From the NCBI GenBank assembly GCA_030693325.1, contig JAUYAV010000019.1, positions 134,618 through 198,617 of the forward strand: a stretch of 64,000 nt of DNA, in the 5' to 3' direction. This DNA comes from a bacterium. GTDB taxonomy: Bacteria > Patescibacteriota > Minisyncoccia > UBA6257 > MFKM01. A program made the translations under genes and the position numbers. The notes beneath the pieces are model-generated. The model made no database searches and was not told where the DNA came from. It saw only the letters and a list, made by a program, of their open reading frames with translations. Numbering within the stretch: the stretch's first letter is position 1; each line of letters begins with the position of its first letter. Below, in pieces: positions 18,585-29,081 of this stretch.

Positions 18585-20711
18585 ATGCGTCAATATCCTT
18601 TAGAAAAATATCGTGATATCGGCATCATTGCCCACATTGATGCTGGGAAAACAACCGTTTCCGAACGGATTCTTTTTTACACCGGAATTTCCCATAAAAT
18701 CGGCGAGGTTCATACCGGCGATACCGTTATGGACTGGATGGAGCAGGAAAGAGAAAGAGGAATTACGATTACGGCGGCGGCCACGACTTGCTACTGGACC
18801 CCGACTTACGGCGCCCCGCTGAGCGGGGTAGATAGCCACGCTGAGCGTGGCGGCGACGAATACAGAATCAATATTATTGACACTCCGGGCCATATTGATT
18901 TTACCGTTGAAGTTCAGCGTTCACTGAGGGTGCTTGACGGCGGAGTGGTTGTTTTTGACGGCGTGGCGGGAGTGGAGCCGCAGTCGGAAACGGTCTGGCG
19001 TCAGGCGGACAAATACAAAGTGCCGCGGATTTGTTTTGTGAACAAGCTTGACAGGATGGGAGCTGATTTTGAAAAAACTTTACGGTCCATCAGAGAGCGC
19101 TTGCACCCGAAACCGGCAGTGCTTCAGTGGCCTATCGGCCTTGAAGAAAAATTTGAAGGCGTTATTGATTTGTTAAAACGGCAGGCCTTTTATTTTGAAG
19201 GGGATCATGGTGAAAAAATAATTGCTAAAGAAATCCCGGAAAATTTTAAAAAAACGGCTGAAGAAAAAAGAGAAAAATTAGTGGAGATGATTGCCGAAAC
19301 CGATGACAATTTATTACATCGCTATCTTGAAGGCCAGGAAATCAGCCAAGAGGATTTGAAAAAGACGCTAAGAGTTGCCTCCTTAAAAGGAGAATTAATT
19401 CCTGTGCTTTGCGGCAGCGCTTTGAAAAATAAAGGCGTTCAGCTTCTCTTGGACGCGGTTGTTGATTATTTGCCTTCGCCGCTTGATTTGCCGCCGGTAA
19501 AAGGCATTAACCCGGATAATCAAAAAGAAGAAGAAAGGTCAGCTAAAGACGGGCAGCCGTTTGCCGCTCTGGCTTTTAAAATCGCAACCGATCCGTTTGT
19601 GGGCTCGCTGACTTTTTTCCGGGTTTATTCCGGGGTGCTTCAAAAAGGGACTTATGTTTTAAACGTTTCCAAAAATTCTCAGGAAAGAATCGGCCGGATT
19701 TTGCGAATGCACGCCAATCACCGGGAAGAAGTGGATGAAGTTTGCGCGGGCGACCTTGGGGCTTTTGTGGGTTTAAAAAACACCACGACCGGAGATACTC
19801 TTTGCGACCCCGAGCACCCGATTATTTTGGAAAAAATTGTTTTCCCCGAGCCGGTCATTTCTATTCGGATTGAACCGAAAACCAAAGTTGACCAGGAAAA
19901 AATGTCTATGGCTTTGCATAGGCTTTTAGAGGAAGATCCGACTTTCAAAGTGATTGGCGACCCCGATACCGGCGAAACTATTATTTGGGGGATGGGGGAG
20001 CTTCATTTGGAAATTATTGTTGACCGGATGAAACGGGAATTCAGCGTTGAATGCAGTGTCGGCCGGCCTCAAGTGGCTTACAAGGAAACCATAGTTGGAA
20101 CGGCTGAAGCCGAAGGCAAATACATTCGCCAATCCGGCGGTCGCGGTCAATACGGTCATGTCTTTTTGAGAGTGGAACCCTTGGAACGAGGGAAGGGCTT
20201 TGAATTTGTTAATGCTATTAAAGGAGGCACTATTCCCTCGGAATTTATTCCGGCCGCGGAAAAAGGAGTTAAAGAAGCGATGGACAAAGGCGTTTTGGCC
20301 GGCTATCCTTTTGTTGACACCAAAGTCACGCTTTATGACGGTTCTTACCACGATGTTGATTCTTCGGAAGCGGCTTTCAAAATCGCCGGGTCTATCGCTT
20401 TCCAGGAAGCGGTAAAAAGAGCCAAAATGGTTTTACTGGAGCCGATGATGAAAGTTCAGGTGATTACCCCGCCGAATTTCTTGGGCGATGTCACTGGCGA
20501 CCTTAACGCCCGCCGGGGCAAGATTGAGGCCATGACCGAAAGAATTGGAATTAATGTCATTGACGTGAAAGTTCCTTTGTCGGAAATGTTCGGTTATGCC
20601 ACTAATATAAGGTCAATGACCCAGGGCCGCGGCAGTTTCACGATGGAATTTAACAGCTATGAAGAAGTGCCCAATAATATTACTCAGCGGATTGCCGAGG
20701 GCAAAAAATAA
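18585..20711 (+). CDS. fusA: Elongation factor G. It carries a ~12-aa insertion, encoded by the GC-rich element, just before the [11 protein letters not shown]3 motif.
   Basis: [14 protein letters not shown] and full EF-G domains. Confidence 0.97.
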   Translation: MRQYPLEKYRDIGIIAHIDAGKTTVSERILFYTGISHKIGEVHTGDTVMDWMEQERERGITITAAATTCYWTPTYGAPLSGVDSHAERGGDEYRINIIDTPGHIDFTVEVQRSLRVLDGGVVVFDGVAGVEPQSETVWRQADKYKVPRICFVNKLDRMGADFEKTLRSIRERLHPKPAVLQWPIGLEEKFEGVIDLLKRQAFYFEGDHGEKIIAKEIPENFKKTAEEKREKLVEMIAETDDNLLHRYLEGQEISQEDLKKTLRVASLKGELIPVLCGSALKNKGVQLLLDAVVDYLPSPLDLPPVKGINPDNQKEEERSAKDGQPFAALAFKIATDPFVGSLTFFRVYSGVLQKGTYVLNVSKNSQERIGRILRMHANHREEVDEVCAGDLGAFVGLKNTTTGDTLCDPEHPIILEKIVFPEPVISIRIEPKTKVDQEKMSMALHRLLEEDPTFKVIGDPDTGETIIWGMGELHLEIIVDRMKREFSVECSVGRPQVAYKETIVGTAEAEGKYIRQSGGRGQYGHVFLRVEPLERGKGFEFVNAIKGGTIPSEFIPAAEKGVKEAMDKGVLAGYPFVDTKVTLYDGSYHDVDSSEAAFKIAGSIAFQEAVKRAKMVLLEPMMKVQVITPPNFLGDVTGDLNARRGKIEAMTERIGINVIDVKVPLSEMFGYATNIRSMTQGRGSFTMEFNSYEEVPNNITQRIAEGKK
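18810..18855. repeat. GC-rich double-hairpin element inside fusA, in reverse orientation relative to the copy at 10498
   Basis: ggcgcc-ccgctgagcgggg-tagata-gccacgctgagcgtggc-ggcg encodes [18 protein letters not shown]. Confidence 0.85.
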
Positions 20712-20719
20712 AAAGGCGC

Positions 20720-20886
20720 GGGGTTGACCCCCACACCAATTAAGTTTTTGTCCATCTAAATTTTCAAAGAAAATTTAGATGGACTAGATTTATCCAAATA
20801 AAATTTTTCATTGTTTTGCTCAGATTTTCTTTCTAAGAAAATTATCCAGTAATATTAAACTTGATTGGTGTGGGGGTTGACATAAA
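20720..20886. repeat. Family-B palindromic element (TIR GGTTGACCCCCACACCAAT…ATTGGTGTGGGGGTTGAC) between fusA and tuf
   Basis: 19-bp inverted termini and an internal perfect hairpin gtccatctaaatttt…aaaatttagatggac. Confidence 0.8.
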
Positions 20887-20903
20887 AAAAAATTCACTAT
20901 AAA
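20877..20903 (+). promoter_or_regulatory. Putative tuf promoter (TTGACA-N15-TATAAA) formed by the right end of the family-B element
   Basis: Hexamers read directly; 50 nt upstream of tuf. Confidence 0.45.
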
Positions 20904-20955
20904 CTAAACAAGTCGTTTTATTATTAAAAAATCAAAATAAAAATTTAAATTAAAT

Positions 20956-22155
20956 ATGGCAGAAAAAGCAAAATTCGTCAGATCAAAACCCCACGTTAAC
21001 GTCGGGACTGTCGGTCACATTGACCACGGCAAGACGACTTTAACGGCGGCGATAATGAATGTTCTTAAATTAAAAGGTCTTATTCAAAAAGCCGAAGGCG
21101 TGGATCAGATTGACAATGCGCCCGAAGAAAAAGCTCGGGGGATTACGATTGCCATTCACCACTCGGAATACGAAACCGAGAAAAGACACTATGCCCACAT
21201 TGATTGTCCGGGGCACGCCGACTATATCAAAAACATGATTACGGGTTCCGCCCAGATGGACGGCGCGATTTTGGTGGTTTCCGCGGCTGACGGCCCGATG
21301 CCTCAAACCCGAGAGCATATTATTTTGGCCCGTCAGGTTGGAGTTCCTTATATTGTTGTCTTTTTGAACAAAGTTGACCAGGTTGACGATAAGGAATTAA
21401 TTGATTTAGTTGAGTCCGAAGTGAGAGAGCTTTTGAAAAAATATGAATTTCCTGGCGATGAGATTCCGGTTATTCGCGGTTCAGCCCTTAAGGCCTTGGA
21501 AGCCAAATCAGTTGACGATGAATGGTGCAAACCGATTCTTGAATTAGCCAAAGCGCTTGATGAATATATTCCTGACCCGATTAGAGAAACCGACAAGCCT
21601 TTTCTTATGCCGGTTGAGGATATTTTTAGCATTGAAGGTCGCGGCACGGTGGTTACCGGAAGAGTTGAGCGGGGAGTAGTCAAAGTCAACGAAGAGGTTG
21701 AACTGGTTGGCTTGAAACCCACGAGCAAAGTGGTAGTCACGGGCATTGAAATGTTTAATAAGGTATTAGATGAAGGTCGCGCTGGAGAAAACGTTGGTAT
21801 TTTGCTTCGGGGTTCTAAAAAAGAGGACGTGGAGCGCGGTCAGGTTATCGCTAAAACCGGCAGTGTTACGCCGCACACTGAATTTGAAGCCAGTGCTTAT
21901 ATTTTGAGTAAAGAAGAAGGTGGCCGTCATACGCCGTTCTTCACCGGTTATAAACCCCAATTTTACATTCGGACCTGTGATATCACCGGCGAAGCGACTC
22001 TTCCTGCCGGAACGGAAATGGTAATGCCCGGCGATACCGTCAATCTTAGTATCAAACTTATTGCTCCGGTGGCTTTGGAAGAAAAACAACGTTTCGCTAT
22101 TCGCGAAGGAGGCAAAACGGTAGGCGCTGGCGCCATAACTAAGATAATAAAGTAA
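20956..22155 (+). CDS. tuf: Elongation factor Tu
   Basis: [14 protein letters not shown] and NKVD motifs; 399 aa. Confidence 0.98.
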   Translation: MAEKAKFVRSKPHVNVGTVGHIDHGKTTLTAAIMNVLKLKGLIQKAEGVDQIDNAPEEKARGITIAIHHSEYETEKRHYAHIDCPGHADYIKNMITGSAQMDGAILVVSAADGPMPQTREHIILARQVGVPYIVVFLNKVDQVDDKELIDLVESEVRELLKKYEFPGDEIPVIRGSALKALEAKSVDDEWCKPILELAKALDEYIPDPIRETDKPFLMPVEDIFSIEGRGTVVTGRVERGVVKVNEEVELVGLKPTSKVVVTGIEMFNKVLDEGRAGENVGILLRGSKKEDVERGQVIAKTGSVTPHTEFEASAYILSKEEGGRHTPFFTGYKPQFYIRTCDITGEATLPAGTEMVMPGDTVNLSIKLIAPVALEEKQRFAIREGGKTVGAGAITKIIK

Positions 22156-22161
22156 GAGTTT

Positions 22162-22503
22162 ATGGCGAAAGTTTCTAAAAAAGTTGCCGAAGTGGAAGAA
22201 AAGGAAAGAGTAAGATTGAAAATCAAGGCTTACGACCATAAACTGATTGACAATTCTTGTCGGCAAATAATTGAAGTCATAGAACGTCAGGGCGGAGAAG
22301 TAGTTGGCCCTGTTCCTCTACCGACTGAATTTCACCGTTATACCGTCAATCGTTCAACCTTTATCCATAAAGATTCACGCGAGCAATTTGAAATGAGAGT
22401 GCACAAACGCTTGATAGATATCATCAATCCCAGCCAGAAAATAATTGCTTCGCTGGATAATCTTAATTTGCCGGCAGGGGTTGATATTGAAGTGAAGCTA
22501 TAG
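22162..22503 (+). CDS. rpsJ: 30S ribosomal protein S10
   Basis: [13 protein letters not shown] signature. Confidence 0.95.
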   Translation: MAKVSKKVAEVEEKERVRLKIKAYDHKLIDNSCRQIIEVIERQGGEVVGPVPLPTEFHRYTVNRSTFIHKDSREQFEMRVHKRLIDIINPSQKIIASLDNLNLPAGVDIEVKL

Positions 22504-22548
22504 TAATATTTGGGGTAAGAAATAAAGGATTTAGCCAAAAAAAATAAT

Positions 22549-22585
22549 CAAAACTGCCGAGGCTAAACCTGGGCAGTTTTGATTT
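22549..22585 (+). terminator. Hairpin plus T-run after rpsJ (aaaactgccgagg…cctgggcagttttgattt)
   Basis: ~13-bp stem with one mismatch followed by TTTTGATTT; a terminator inside the S10 operon is unusual. Confidence 0.5.
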
Positions 22586-22708
22586 ACCCCGTTAGAAGTC
22601 ATGACGAATTCCAAGCTAAATAATTATTAACGGGAATGGAAATTTAATTTATTTTCCAAAAACAGAAAAAATTTTAAAATTTTTTCTGGCCAAGACTTCT
22701 AACGGGGT
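22583..22708. repeat. Family-A palindromic element, copy 2, inserted between rpsJ and rplC
   Basis: CCCCGTTAGAAGTC…GACTTCTAACGGGG with the same internal acagaaaaa/tttttctg hairpin. Confidence 0.85.
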
Positions 22709-22719
22709 TTAAAACAAAT

Positions 22720-23169
22720 ATGAGTTTAATAACAGGAAAAAAATTACAAATGAGCCAGATTTTCAAAGACGGAAAAGTAATTCCGGTTACCCCGATTAAG
22801 GTTGCCGATATTTCGGTTTTTAATGAAGGCGAATTGCTCAAGATAACCGGAATAAGCCGCGGTATAGGATTTCAGGGCGTAGTCAAACGCTGGGGTTTCC
22901 ATGGCGGACCGAAAAGTCATGGGGGTAAACACAGCTTGCGGGCTCCAGGCTCAATCGGCTCAACCGCGCCTCAGCGGGTGTTAAAAGGCAGGAAAATGGC
23001 CGGTCGAACCGGCGGCCGCCAAAAAACCATCGGAAATCTTGAAGTAGTTTCTTTAAATAAAGAAAATGCCGTTTTAATGGTGAAAGGAGCGATACCCGGC
23101 TATAAAAATTCAGAAATTAAAATTCAGAAAGACGCCAGTCATAAAGCATTAAAAAAGAAATTACGGTAA
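22720..23169 (+). CDS. rplC: 50S ribosomal protein L3 (short, 149 aa)
   Basis: L3 N-terminal KKLQMSQIF…GFQGVVKRWGF. Confidence 0.9.
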   Translation: MSLITGKKLQMSQIFKDGKVIPVTPIKVADISVFNEGELLKITGISRGIGFQGVVKRWGFHGGPKSHGGKHSLRAPGSIGSTAPQRVLKGRKMAGRTGGRQKTIGNLEVVSLNKENAVLMVKGAIPGYKNSEIKIQKDASHKALKKKLR

Positions 23170-23199
23170 TTGCCGTAATTACTGTAATTACAGTAATTT
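23170..23199. repeat. Three tandem TTAC[AT]GTAA 9-mers in the rplC–rplD spacer
   Basis: ttgccgtaattactgtaattacagtaattta. Confidence 0.85.
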
Positions 23200-23202
23200 A
23201 AT

Positions 23203-23841
23203 ATGAAAGCGGATTTATTCAATCAAAAAAACGAAAAAATTGGAACAGTGGAATTACCCGAAGCCGTTTTTGGCGTTAAATTTAATTCGGACTTGGTTCA
23301 TCAAGTATTGACGGTCCAGGTCGCTAATCGCCGAAGAACCTTAGCCGACACAAAAGACAGAGGCGAAGTCAGAGGCGGCGGTAAGAAGCCCTGGAAGCAA
23401 AAAGGCACGGGCCGGTCAAGGCAGGGTTCAAGCCGTTCACCTTTATGGAAAGGCGGCGGGGTCACTTTTGGTCCTCAAAAAGAAAGAAATTTTTCCAGAA
23501 GTATAAATCAAAAAATGAAGCAATTGGCGATTTTCGGAATTTTTTCCAAAAAATTAGCCGATCAGGAAATTAAAATTATTGACACTTTGAATTTGGAAGA
23601 CCGCAAGACCAAAAAATTAGCCGAGCTGTTGAAAAAATTTATTACGCCCAAGGAAAGCGTTTTATTGATTCCCGCCAACGAAAACAAAATTATTTATTTG
23701 GCCGGGCGAAATTTGCCCAAAGTCGGCGTTATGAGTCCCGAGTCGCTCAATGTTTACGATTTGCTGAAATATAGAAAAATTCTTTTGGACCAAACCGCCG
23801 TTGAATCAATAGTTAAACATTATAAATTAATCAGTAATTAA
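23203..23841 (+). CDS. rplD: 50S ribosomal protein L4
   Basis: L4 family; position in the operon. Confidence 0.93.
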   Translation: MKADLFNQKNEKIGTVELPEAVFGVKFNSDLVHQVLTVQVANRRRTLADTKDRGEVRGGGKKPWKQKGTGRSRQGSSRSPLWKGGGVTFGPQKERNFSRSINQKMKQLAIFGIFSKKLADQEIKIIDTLNLEDRKTKKLAELLKKFITPKESVLLIPANENKIIYLAGRNLPKVGVMSPESLNVYDLLKYRKILLDQTAVESIVKHYKLISN

Positions 23842-23859
23842 GTAATTACAGTAATTACA
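23842..23859. repeat. Two tandem GTAATTACA 9-mers in the rplD–rplW spacer
   Basis: gtaattacagtaattaca. Confidence 0.8.
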
Positions 23860-23867
23860 AAAAAACT

Positions 23868-24143
23868 ATGAGAATGATAATTAAAAAACCAATAATCAGC
23901 GAGAAGACAATGGACTTGAGTAATATCAACAAGTATGTTTTTTCGGTTGACCGGGAAGCCAGTTCTTGCGAAATCAAGAAAGGGATAGAATCTATTTATA
24001 AAGTGAAAGTGGAGTCGGTGAATATTATCAACAAAAAAGGAAAAGTTAAAAGATTGGGCCGCAGTCTCGGCCGCCGGCCGGCCTCTAAAAAAGCTATTGT
24101 TACCATAAAAAAGGGACAGGTGATTGATGTTTTGCCAAAATAA
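23868..24143 (+). CDS. rplW: 50S ribosomal protein L23
   Basis: L23 family; order in the operon. Confidence 0.9.
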   Translation: MRMIIKKPIISEKTMDLSNINKYVFSVDREASSCEIKKGIESIYKVKVESVNIINKKGKVKRLGRSLGRRPASKKAIVTIKKGQVIDVLPK

Positions 24144-24147
24144 AAAA

Positions 24148-24891
24148 ATGAGCGCCAAATTAATCAAAAAAATAAAAAATTCAGCCGGGAGAAATTCCTC
24201 GGGAAGAATAACGGTTCGCCATCAGGGCGGCGGCCATAAGCAATTATACCGCTTGGTTGATTTTAAGCAGGACAAATTTGGCATTGTTGGCCGGATTGAA
24301 TCACTGGAATACGATCCTTATCGTAGCGGTCTTATCGCTTTAGTGGTTTATACCGACGGCGAAAGGCGGTATATTTTGGCATCTTTGGAAATGAAAGTGG
24401 GCGATAAAATTATCTCTTCAGCCGATGCTCCTTTAAAGCCGGGTAATCGCACTCAATTGAAACGTATGCCGGTGGGAATTTTCGTGTATAATGTTGAAAT
24501 CTTCCCCGGTAAGGGCGGACAATTAGCTCGCTCAGCGGGTTTAGTTGCCCAGGTTCTGGCCAATGAAGACGGATATACTCAACTGAAATTAGCTTCCGGA
24601 GAAGTCAGAAAATTTTTATGGGATTGTTATGCTACTATTGGCCGGGTTTCTTACCCGGAGCATAATTTGGAAGTAATCGGGAAAGCCGGCCGTTCGCGCT
24701 GGCTGGGTATCAGACCGACAGTCAGGGGTACTGCAATGAATCCCCGCGATCATCCGTACGGAGGCGGCGAAGGCCGTCAACCTCGGGGAACTCGCCGGCC
24801 AAAAACCAAATGGGGAAAAATTACCGGCGGTCATAGAACCCGGAATAAAAAGAAATGGTCAAATAAATTAATAATAAAACGGAGAAAATAA
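24148..24891 (+). CDS. rplB: 50S ribosomal protein L2 (the start is more likely MSAKLIKK than the track's 24124)
   Basis: GRNSSGRITVRHQGGGHK; C-terminal GGGEGRQPRG. Confidence 0.95.
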   Translation: MSAKLIKKIKNSAGRNSSGRITVRHQGGGHKQLYRLVDFKQDKFGIVGRIESLEYDPYRSGLIALVVYTDGERRYILASLEMKVGDKIISSADAPLKPGNRTQLKRMPVGIFVYNVEIFPGKGGQLARSAGLVAQVLANEDGYTQLKLASGEVRKFLWDCYATIGRVSYPEHNLEVIGKAGRSRWLGIRPTVRGTAMNPRDHPYGGGEGRQPRGTRRPKTKWGKITGGHRTRNKKKWSNKLIIKRRK

Positions 24892-24898
24892 ATTTTTT

Positions 24899-25222
24899 AT
24901 GTCAAGAAGCAGTAAAAAAGGCCCATACGTTTACCAGAAGTTATTGGAAAAAATAGCTAAATTAAAGCCGGGCGATTTGACGCCGATTAAAACCTGGGCC
25001 AGAGATTCGGAAATTTCTCCGGAAATGGTTGATTATACTTTTGGCGTTCATAACGGCAAAAATTTCATAACCGTGAGGATAAGCGAGGAAATGGTTGGTC
25101 ATCGGTTGGGTGAATTCTCGCTGACCCGAAAATTCGTCAAGCACGGCGGTAAGATTCAAAAAGAATTGGAACAGAAGAAAGAGCAGGATCAAGCCAAAGC
25201 GTCAACGCCGCCTGCCAAATAA
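24899..25222 (+). CDS. rpsS: 30S ribosomal protein S19
   Basis: S19 family. Confidence 0.93.
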   Translation: MSRSSKKGPYVYQKLLEKIAKLKPGDLTPIKTWARDSEISPEMVDYTFGVHNGKNFITVRISEEMVGHRLGEFSLTRKFVKHGGKIQKELEQKKEQDQAKASTPPAK

Positions 25223-25232
25223 TAATTAAAAT

Positions 25233-25778
25233 ATGAAAACCCAAACGGCAAAATTAAAATATTTGAAAATTAGTCCGCGAAAAACTCGGCTGGTTGCTGA
25301 TTTAATAAAAGGACTGCGGGCTAATGAAGCTGAAGCTCAGCTTTTGTTTTTGCCGAACAGGGCGAGTAAGCCGATTTTGAAATTATTGCGTTCGGCGATG
25401 GCTAACGCCAAAAATAACCAGCAGTTAAACGTTGAAAAACTTTTAGTAAAGGAAATCAGGGTGGATATCGGTCCCAGCCAAAAACGTTGGCGAACCAGAG
25501 CCCGGGGCGCAATGAGTCCGATCGCAAAAAAAAGTTGCCATATTTCTTTGGTTTTAGAAGAGTCGGATAAAGAGATCCCTTTGAAATATAAATTTATTCC
25601 CAAACCCAAAAAAGCCAAAAAGGAAAAATCTAAAAAAAGAAATACCGAAAAAGCCTTATCAGCGGAAAAACAGGAAAAGTCAGAAAATGTGAAATCGGAA
25701 AAACAACGGATAGTCCGGGAAGCCAAACCTGAAAAAGTCGGGGCTTTTAGAAAATTTTTCAGAAGAAAAGCGATATAA
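25233..25778 (+). CDS. rplV: 50S ribosomal protein L22 with a Lys-rich C-terminal extension
   Basis: L22 core plus K/E-rich tail. Confidence 0.9.
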   Translation: MKTQTAKLKYLKISPRKTRLVADLIKGLRANEAEAQLLFLPNRASKPILKLLRSAMANAKNNQQLNVEKLLVKEIRVDIGPSQKRWRTRARGAMSPIAKKSCHISLVLEESDKEIPLKYKFIPKPKKAKKEKSKKRNTEKALSAEKQEKSENVKSEKQRIVREAKPEKVGAFRKFFRRKAI

Positions 25779-25787
25779 AATAAATTT

Positions 25788-26474
25788 ATGGCTCAAAAAA
25801 TCAACCCATATTCTTTAAGATTAGGCATTATCAAAAATTGGCAGAATCGCTGGTTTTTGAAGAAGAGCCTGAATTACTTATTGGAAGAAGATTATCTGAT
25901 AAGAAAGGAAGTTTTGAAAATAGTCATCAAGGCTGGGATAGCCGGAATTGAAATTGAGCGGGCGGGAAATCTTTGTAAGATTTTTATCAAAGCGGCCCGG
26001 CCGGGATTGATTATCGGCAAAGGCGGCAAGGGAATAGAAGATCTAAAGAAAGTTGTTGAAAAAATAATCGCGGATTTTCGGCGCCGGAAAAAAATCAAAG
26101 AAATTCCGGAACTTAATCTTAATATTGAAGAATTAAAACGAACCGAGATTTCGGCCCAGGTAGAGGCCCAAGCCATCGCTTTTGATTTAGAAAGAAGGTT
26201 GCGTTTTCGAAGGGTGATGAAACAGCATTTAGACGCCATTATGCAGAATAGAACAGCTAAAGGAGCTAAAATACATTTGGCAGGCCGGCTGGATGGAGCG
26301 GAAATTGCCCGGAAAGAATGGTTGGAGGCCCGCGGCGGAAGAATGCCCTTGACTAATCTCAGGGCTGATATTGATTACGGCGAAGCCACGGCCTTCACTA
26401 CTTTTGGAACCATCGGCGTCAAGACCTGGATTTATAAAGGAGAAATATTCGGCGGTAAGACGCCTAAAAATTAA
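25788..26474 (+). CDS. rpsC: 30S ribosomal protein S3
   Basis: KH domain and S3 C-terminal domain. Confidence 0.95.
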   Translation: MAQKINPYSLRLGIIKNWQNRWFLKKSLNYLLEEDYLIRKEVLKIVIKAGIAGIEIERAGNLCKIFIKAARPGLIIGKGGKGIEDLKKVVEKIIADFRRRKKIKEIPELNLNIEELKRTEISAQVEAQAIAFDLERRLRFRRVMKQHLDAIMQNRTAKGAKIHLAGRLDGAEIARKEWLEARGGRMPLTNLRADIDYGEATAFTTFGTIGVKTWIYKGEIFGGKTPKN

Positions 26475-26483
26475 ACTTTTATC

Positions 26484-26894
26484 ATGCTTGAACCAAAAAA
26501 AATAAAACATCGGAAGTGGCATAAAGGCCGCTCCAAAAAAAGATTAACGGAAAGCCGGGGCACGCGCTTGGCTTTCGGCAGTTTTGGATTGCAAGCCCTG
26601 ACGCCGTATTGGGTGACCGGCCGCCAGATTGAAGCTGTCCGTAAAACCATTAGCCATTCCCTAAAAAGTCGTGGTAGAATTTGGATTAGGATTTTTCCCG
26701 ACAAACCTATCACTAAAATGCCGCCGGAAGTTACTTTGGGCGGCGGGAAAGGCGAGGTTGATCATTATGTTTTTCCGGTTAAGCCCGGACGGATTATGTT
26801 TGAAGTTGATGGTGTGGAAGCGGCGGTGGCTTTGCACGCTCTTAAAATGGGAGGCCGAAAATTACCGTTAAAATCAAGAATTATCAGCAAATAA
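26484..26894 (+). CDS. rplP: 50S ribosomal protein L16
   Basis: L16 family. Confidence 0.95.
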   Translation: MLEPKKIKHRKWHKGRSKKRLTESRGTRLAFGSFGLQALTPYWVTGRQIEAVRKTISHSLKSRGRIWIRIFPDKPITKMPPEVTLGGGKGEVDHYVFPVKPGRIMFEVDGVEAAVALHALKMGGRKLPLKSRIISK

Positions 26895-26897
26895 AAT

Positions 26898-27089
26898 ATG
26901 AAAAAGAAAATTTTTCAAGAAACAAAAAATAAATCAGCGGTTGAACTTCAGAAAGATTTAGTCGGACATCGGGAACGCTTAAGAGTTTTGAAATTTGACT
27001 TAGCGGCGGGAAAAGTGAAGAATATCAAAGAAATCCAGGGGGTTAAAAAGACGATTGCCCAGATTTTAACGATTTTAAAAATTAAATAA
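26898..27089 (+). CDS. rpmC: 50S ribosomal protein L29
   Basis: 63 aa; position in the operon. Confidence 0.85.
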   Translation: MKKKIFQETKNKSAVELQKDLVGHRERLRVLKFDLAAGKVKNIKEIQGVKKTIAQILTILKIK

Positions 27090-27099
27090 TAATTTTATC

Positions 27100-27342
27100 A
27101 TGACCAGAAAATTAAAAGGAAAAATAGTTTCCGATAAAATGCAAAAAACGCGGGTGGTAGCCGTGACGAGATTAACATTGCATCCGAAATATAAAAAATA
27201 TTACAAAATAACCCGGCGGTTCAAAGCCCATGACGAAAATAACGAATATAAGGTCGGCGAAGAAGTCATTATGGAAGAGACAAGGCCGTTGAGCAAAGAT
27301 AAAAGATGGCGGATTATTAGCAGAATAACCGCTAGCGGCTAG
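27100..27342 (+). CDS. rpsQ: 30S ribosomal protein S17
   Basis: S17 family. Confidence 0.9.
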   Translation: MTRKLKGKIVSDKMQKTRVVAVTRLTLHPKYKKYYKITRRFKAHDENNEYKVGEEVIMEETRPLSKDKRWRIISRITASG

Positions 27343-27360
27343 TCGTTAGTTACTAAATTT

Positions 27361-27729
27361 ATGATTCAAGAACGAACAATATTAAAAACGGCTGATAATT
27401 CTGGAGCGAAGATAATTCGCTGTTTTCGGATTTTAGGCGGAACGGGGCGGCGTTATGCCCGAATCGGGGATATTATTATCGCGTCCGTGCAAACCGCCGA
27501 ACCCAGAAAAGCTGTTAAAAAGAAGGAAATTGTAAGAGCGGTTGTTGTCAGACAGCGCCAGCCGTTGCGCCGGCCTGACGGTTCTTATGTTCGTTTTGAT
27601 GAAAATGCCGCTGTTTTAATTGATGACAAAAATGAGCCCCGGGGAACGAGAGTTTTCGGCCCGATTCCTCAAGAATTGAAAGAAAAAGGTTTTGAAAAAA
27701 TTATAACCATGGCTGAAGAAATTGTATAA
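27361..27729 (+). CDS. rplN: 50S ribosomal protein L14
   Basis: MIQERTILKTADNSGAK. Confidence 0.97.
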   Translation: MIQERTILKTADNSGAKIIRCFRILGGTGRRYARIGDIIIASVQTAEPRKAVKKKEIVRAVVVRQRQPLRRPDGSYVRFDENAAVLIDDKNEPRGTRVFGPIPQELKEKGFEKIITMAEEIV

Positions 27730-27731
27730 AT

Positions 27732-28037
27732 ATGAAAATCAAAAAAAACGACACAGTTAAAATATTAACGGGCAAAGATCGCGGAAAAACCGGGAAAGTG
27801 ATTAAGGTAAATTTAAAAACCCGGAAATTAATGGTTGAAGGACTTAATCTTTATAAAAAACACATGCGGCCAAAGAAGCAGGGCGAAAAAGGCGAAATCA
27901 TTCAAATTAGCCGGCCGATGAATGTTTCCAATTTAATGATTGTCTGTCCTAATTGTAAATTGGCAGCCCGGGTCGGTTTTCGTTTTGAGAAAGATAATAA
28001 ATTTAGATATTGTAAAAAATGCCAAAGCCGAATTTAA
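27732..28037 (+). CDS. rplX: 50S ribosomal protein L24 with a C-terminal CxxC…CxxC zinc-ribbon extension. It overlaps the rplE start by 19 nt.
   Basis: KOW region KKNDTVKILTGKDRGKTGKV; CPNCK…CKKC. Confidence 0.9.
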   Translation: MKIKKNDTVKILTGKDRGKTGKVIKVNLKTRKLMVEGLNLYKKHMRPKKQGEKGEIIQISRPMNVSNLMIVCPNCKLAARVGFRFEKDNKFRYCKKCQSRI

Positions 28038-28516
28038 TAAAAAATAACATAGAAAAAATTGTGGTGAATATCGGAGTGGGGAAACTGAGACAGCAGGGGC
28101 AATTTGAAGAAAAAATTCTTCCGGAAATTATCAGGGAGATGTCTTTAATTACGGGTCAAAAACCCCTTACCCGGCCCGCTAAAAAAGCTATTGCCGGTTT
28201 TAAAACCAGATTGGGCGATATTGTCGGTTTGAAAGTTACTCTTCGCGGCAAAAGAATGTTTGATTTTTTCACCCGTTTTGTTAATGTAGTGTTGCCTCGG
28301 ATTAAAGATTTTCGGGGATTGGAGCTGGGAATCGTTGACGCTTCAGGCAATCTTTCGGTTGGCGTTGAAGACCAATTGGTCTTTCCGGAAATTGACGCTG
28401 ATAGCACCAAAGTGGATTTTGGTTTGGAGATAACCATCGTCCCCAGAATTAAAATCCGGGAGAAAGCGATGGAATTATACAAAACATTGGGCGTTCCGCT
28501 GAAATATCAAAAATAA
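28019..28516 (+). CDS. rplE: 50S ribosomal protein L5
   Basis: L5 family. Confidence 0.93.
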   Translation: MPKPNLIKNNIEKIVVNIGVGKLRQQGQFEEKILPEIIREMSLITGQKPLTRPAKKAIAGFKTRLGDIVGLKVTLRGKRMFDFFTRFVNVVLPRIKDFRGLELGIVDASGNLSVGVEDQLVFPEIDADSTKVDFGLEITIVPRIKIREKAMELYKTLGVPLKYQK

Positions 28517-28520
28517 AATT

Positions 28521-28706
28521 ATGGCAAAGAAATCAGTCATAGCGAGGTCGCAAAAACCTCCGAAATACAGCACCAGAGTCGTCAGACGCTGTTTTCGTTG
28601 CGGCCGGAAAAGAGGTTATATGGGAGATTTCAATCTTTGCCGGATATGTTTCAGAGAATTAGCAAGTCGGGGCGAAATTCCCGGAGTTAAAAAATCATCT
28701 TGGTAA
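28521..28706 (+). CDS. rpsN: 30S ribosomal protein S14 type Z (zinc-binding)
   Basis: 61 aa; CFRCGRKRG…CRICFRE. Confidence 0.93.
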   Translation: MAKKSVIARSQKPPKYSTRVVRRCFRCGRKRGYMGDFNLCRICFRELASRGEIPGVKKSSW

Positions 28707-28709
28707 TAT

Positions 28710-29081
28710 ATGTATATTAATTTACTGATTAACATAAAAAATAATCAAGAAGCCGGAAAGAATTTTTTCAAAATTCCTTTCTCTAAAATGGACTTGGCAA
28801 TTGCCGAGTTGCTTTTAAAGCAGGGTTATTTAAAAAGCGTTGAAGCCGAAGGAAAAGCGGTCAAGAAGGTGATTGAAATAACTCTTAAAGAAGGAAAGGC
28901 CGTCAAGGGAATTAAATTTGTCAGCAAGCCGTCAAGAAGAATGTATGCCGGTTATAAGGAAATCAGGTCGGTGAAAAGCGGCTACGGGATGGAAGTGATT
29001 TCCACTCCCAAAGGAATTATGAGCGATAAAGAAGCCCGGAAACAAAAATTAGGCGGCCAGTTGCTTTTTAAAATTTGGTAA
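28710..29081 (+). CDS. rpsH: 30S ribosomal protein S8
   Basis: S8 family. Confidence 0.9.
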   Translation: MYINLLINIKNNQEAGKNFFKIPFSKMDLAIAELLLKQGYLKSVEAEGKAVKKVIEITLKEGKAVKGIKFVSKPSRRMYAGYKEIRSVKSGYGMEVISTPKGIMSDKEARKQKLGGQLLFKIW

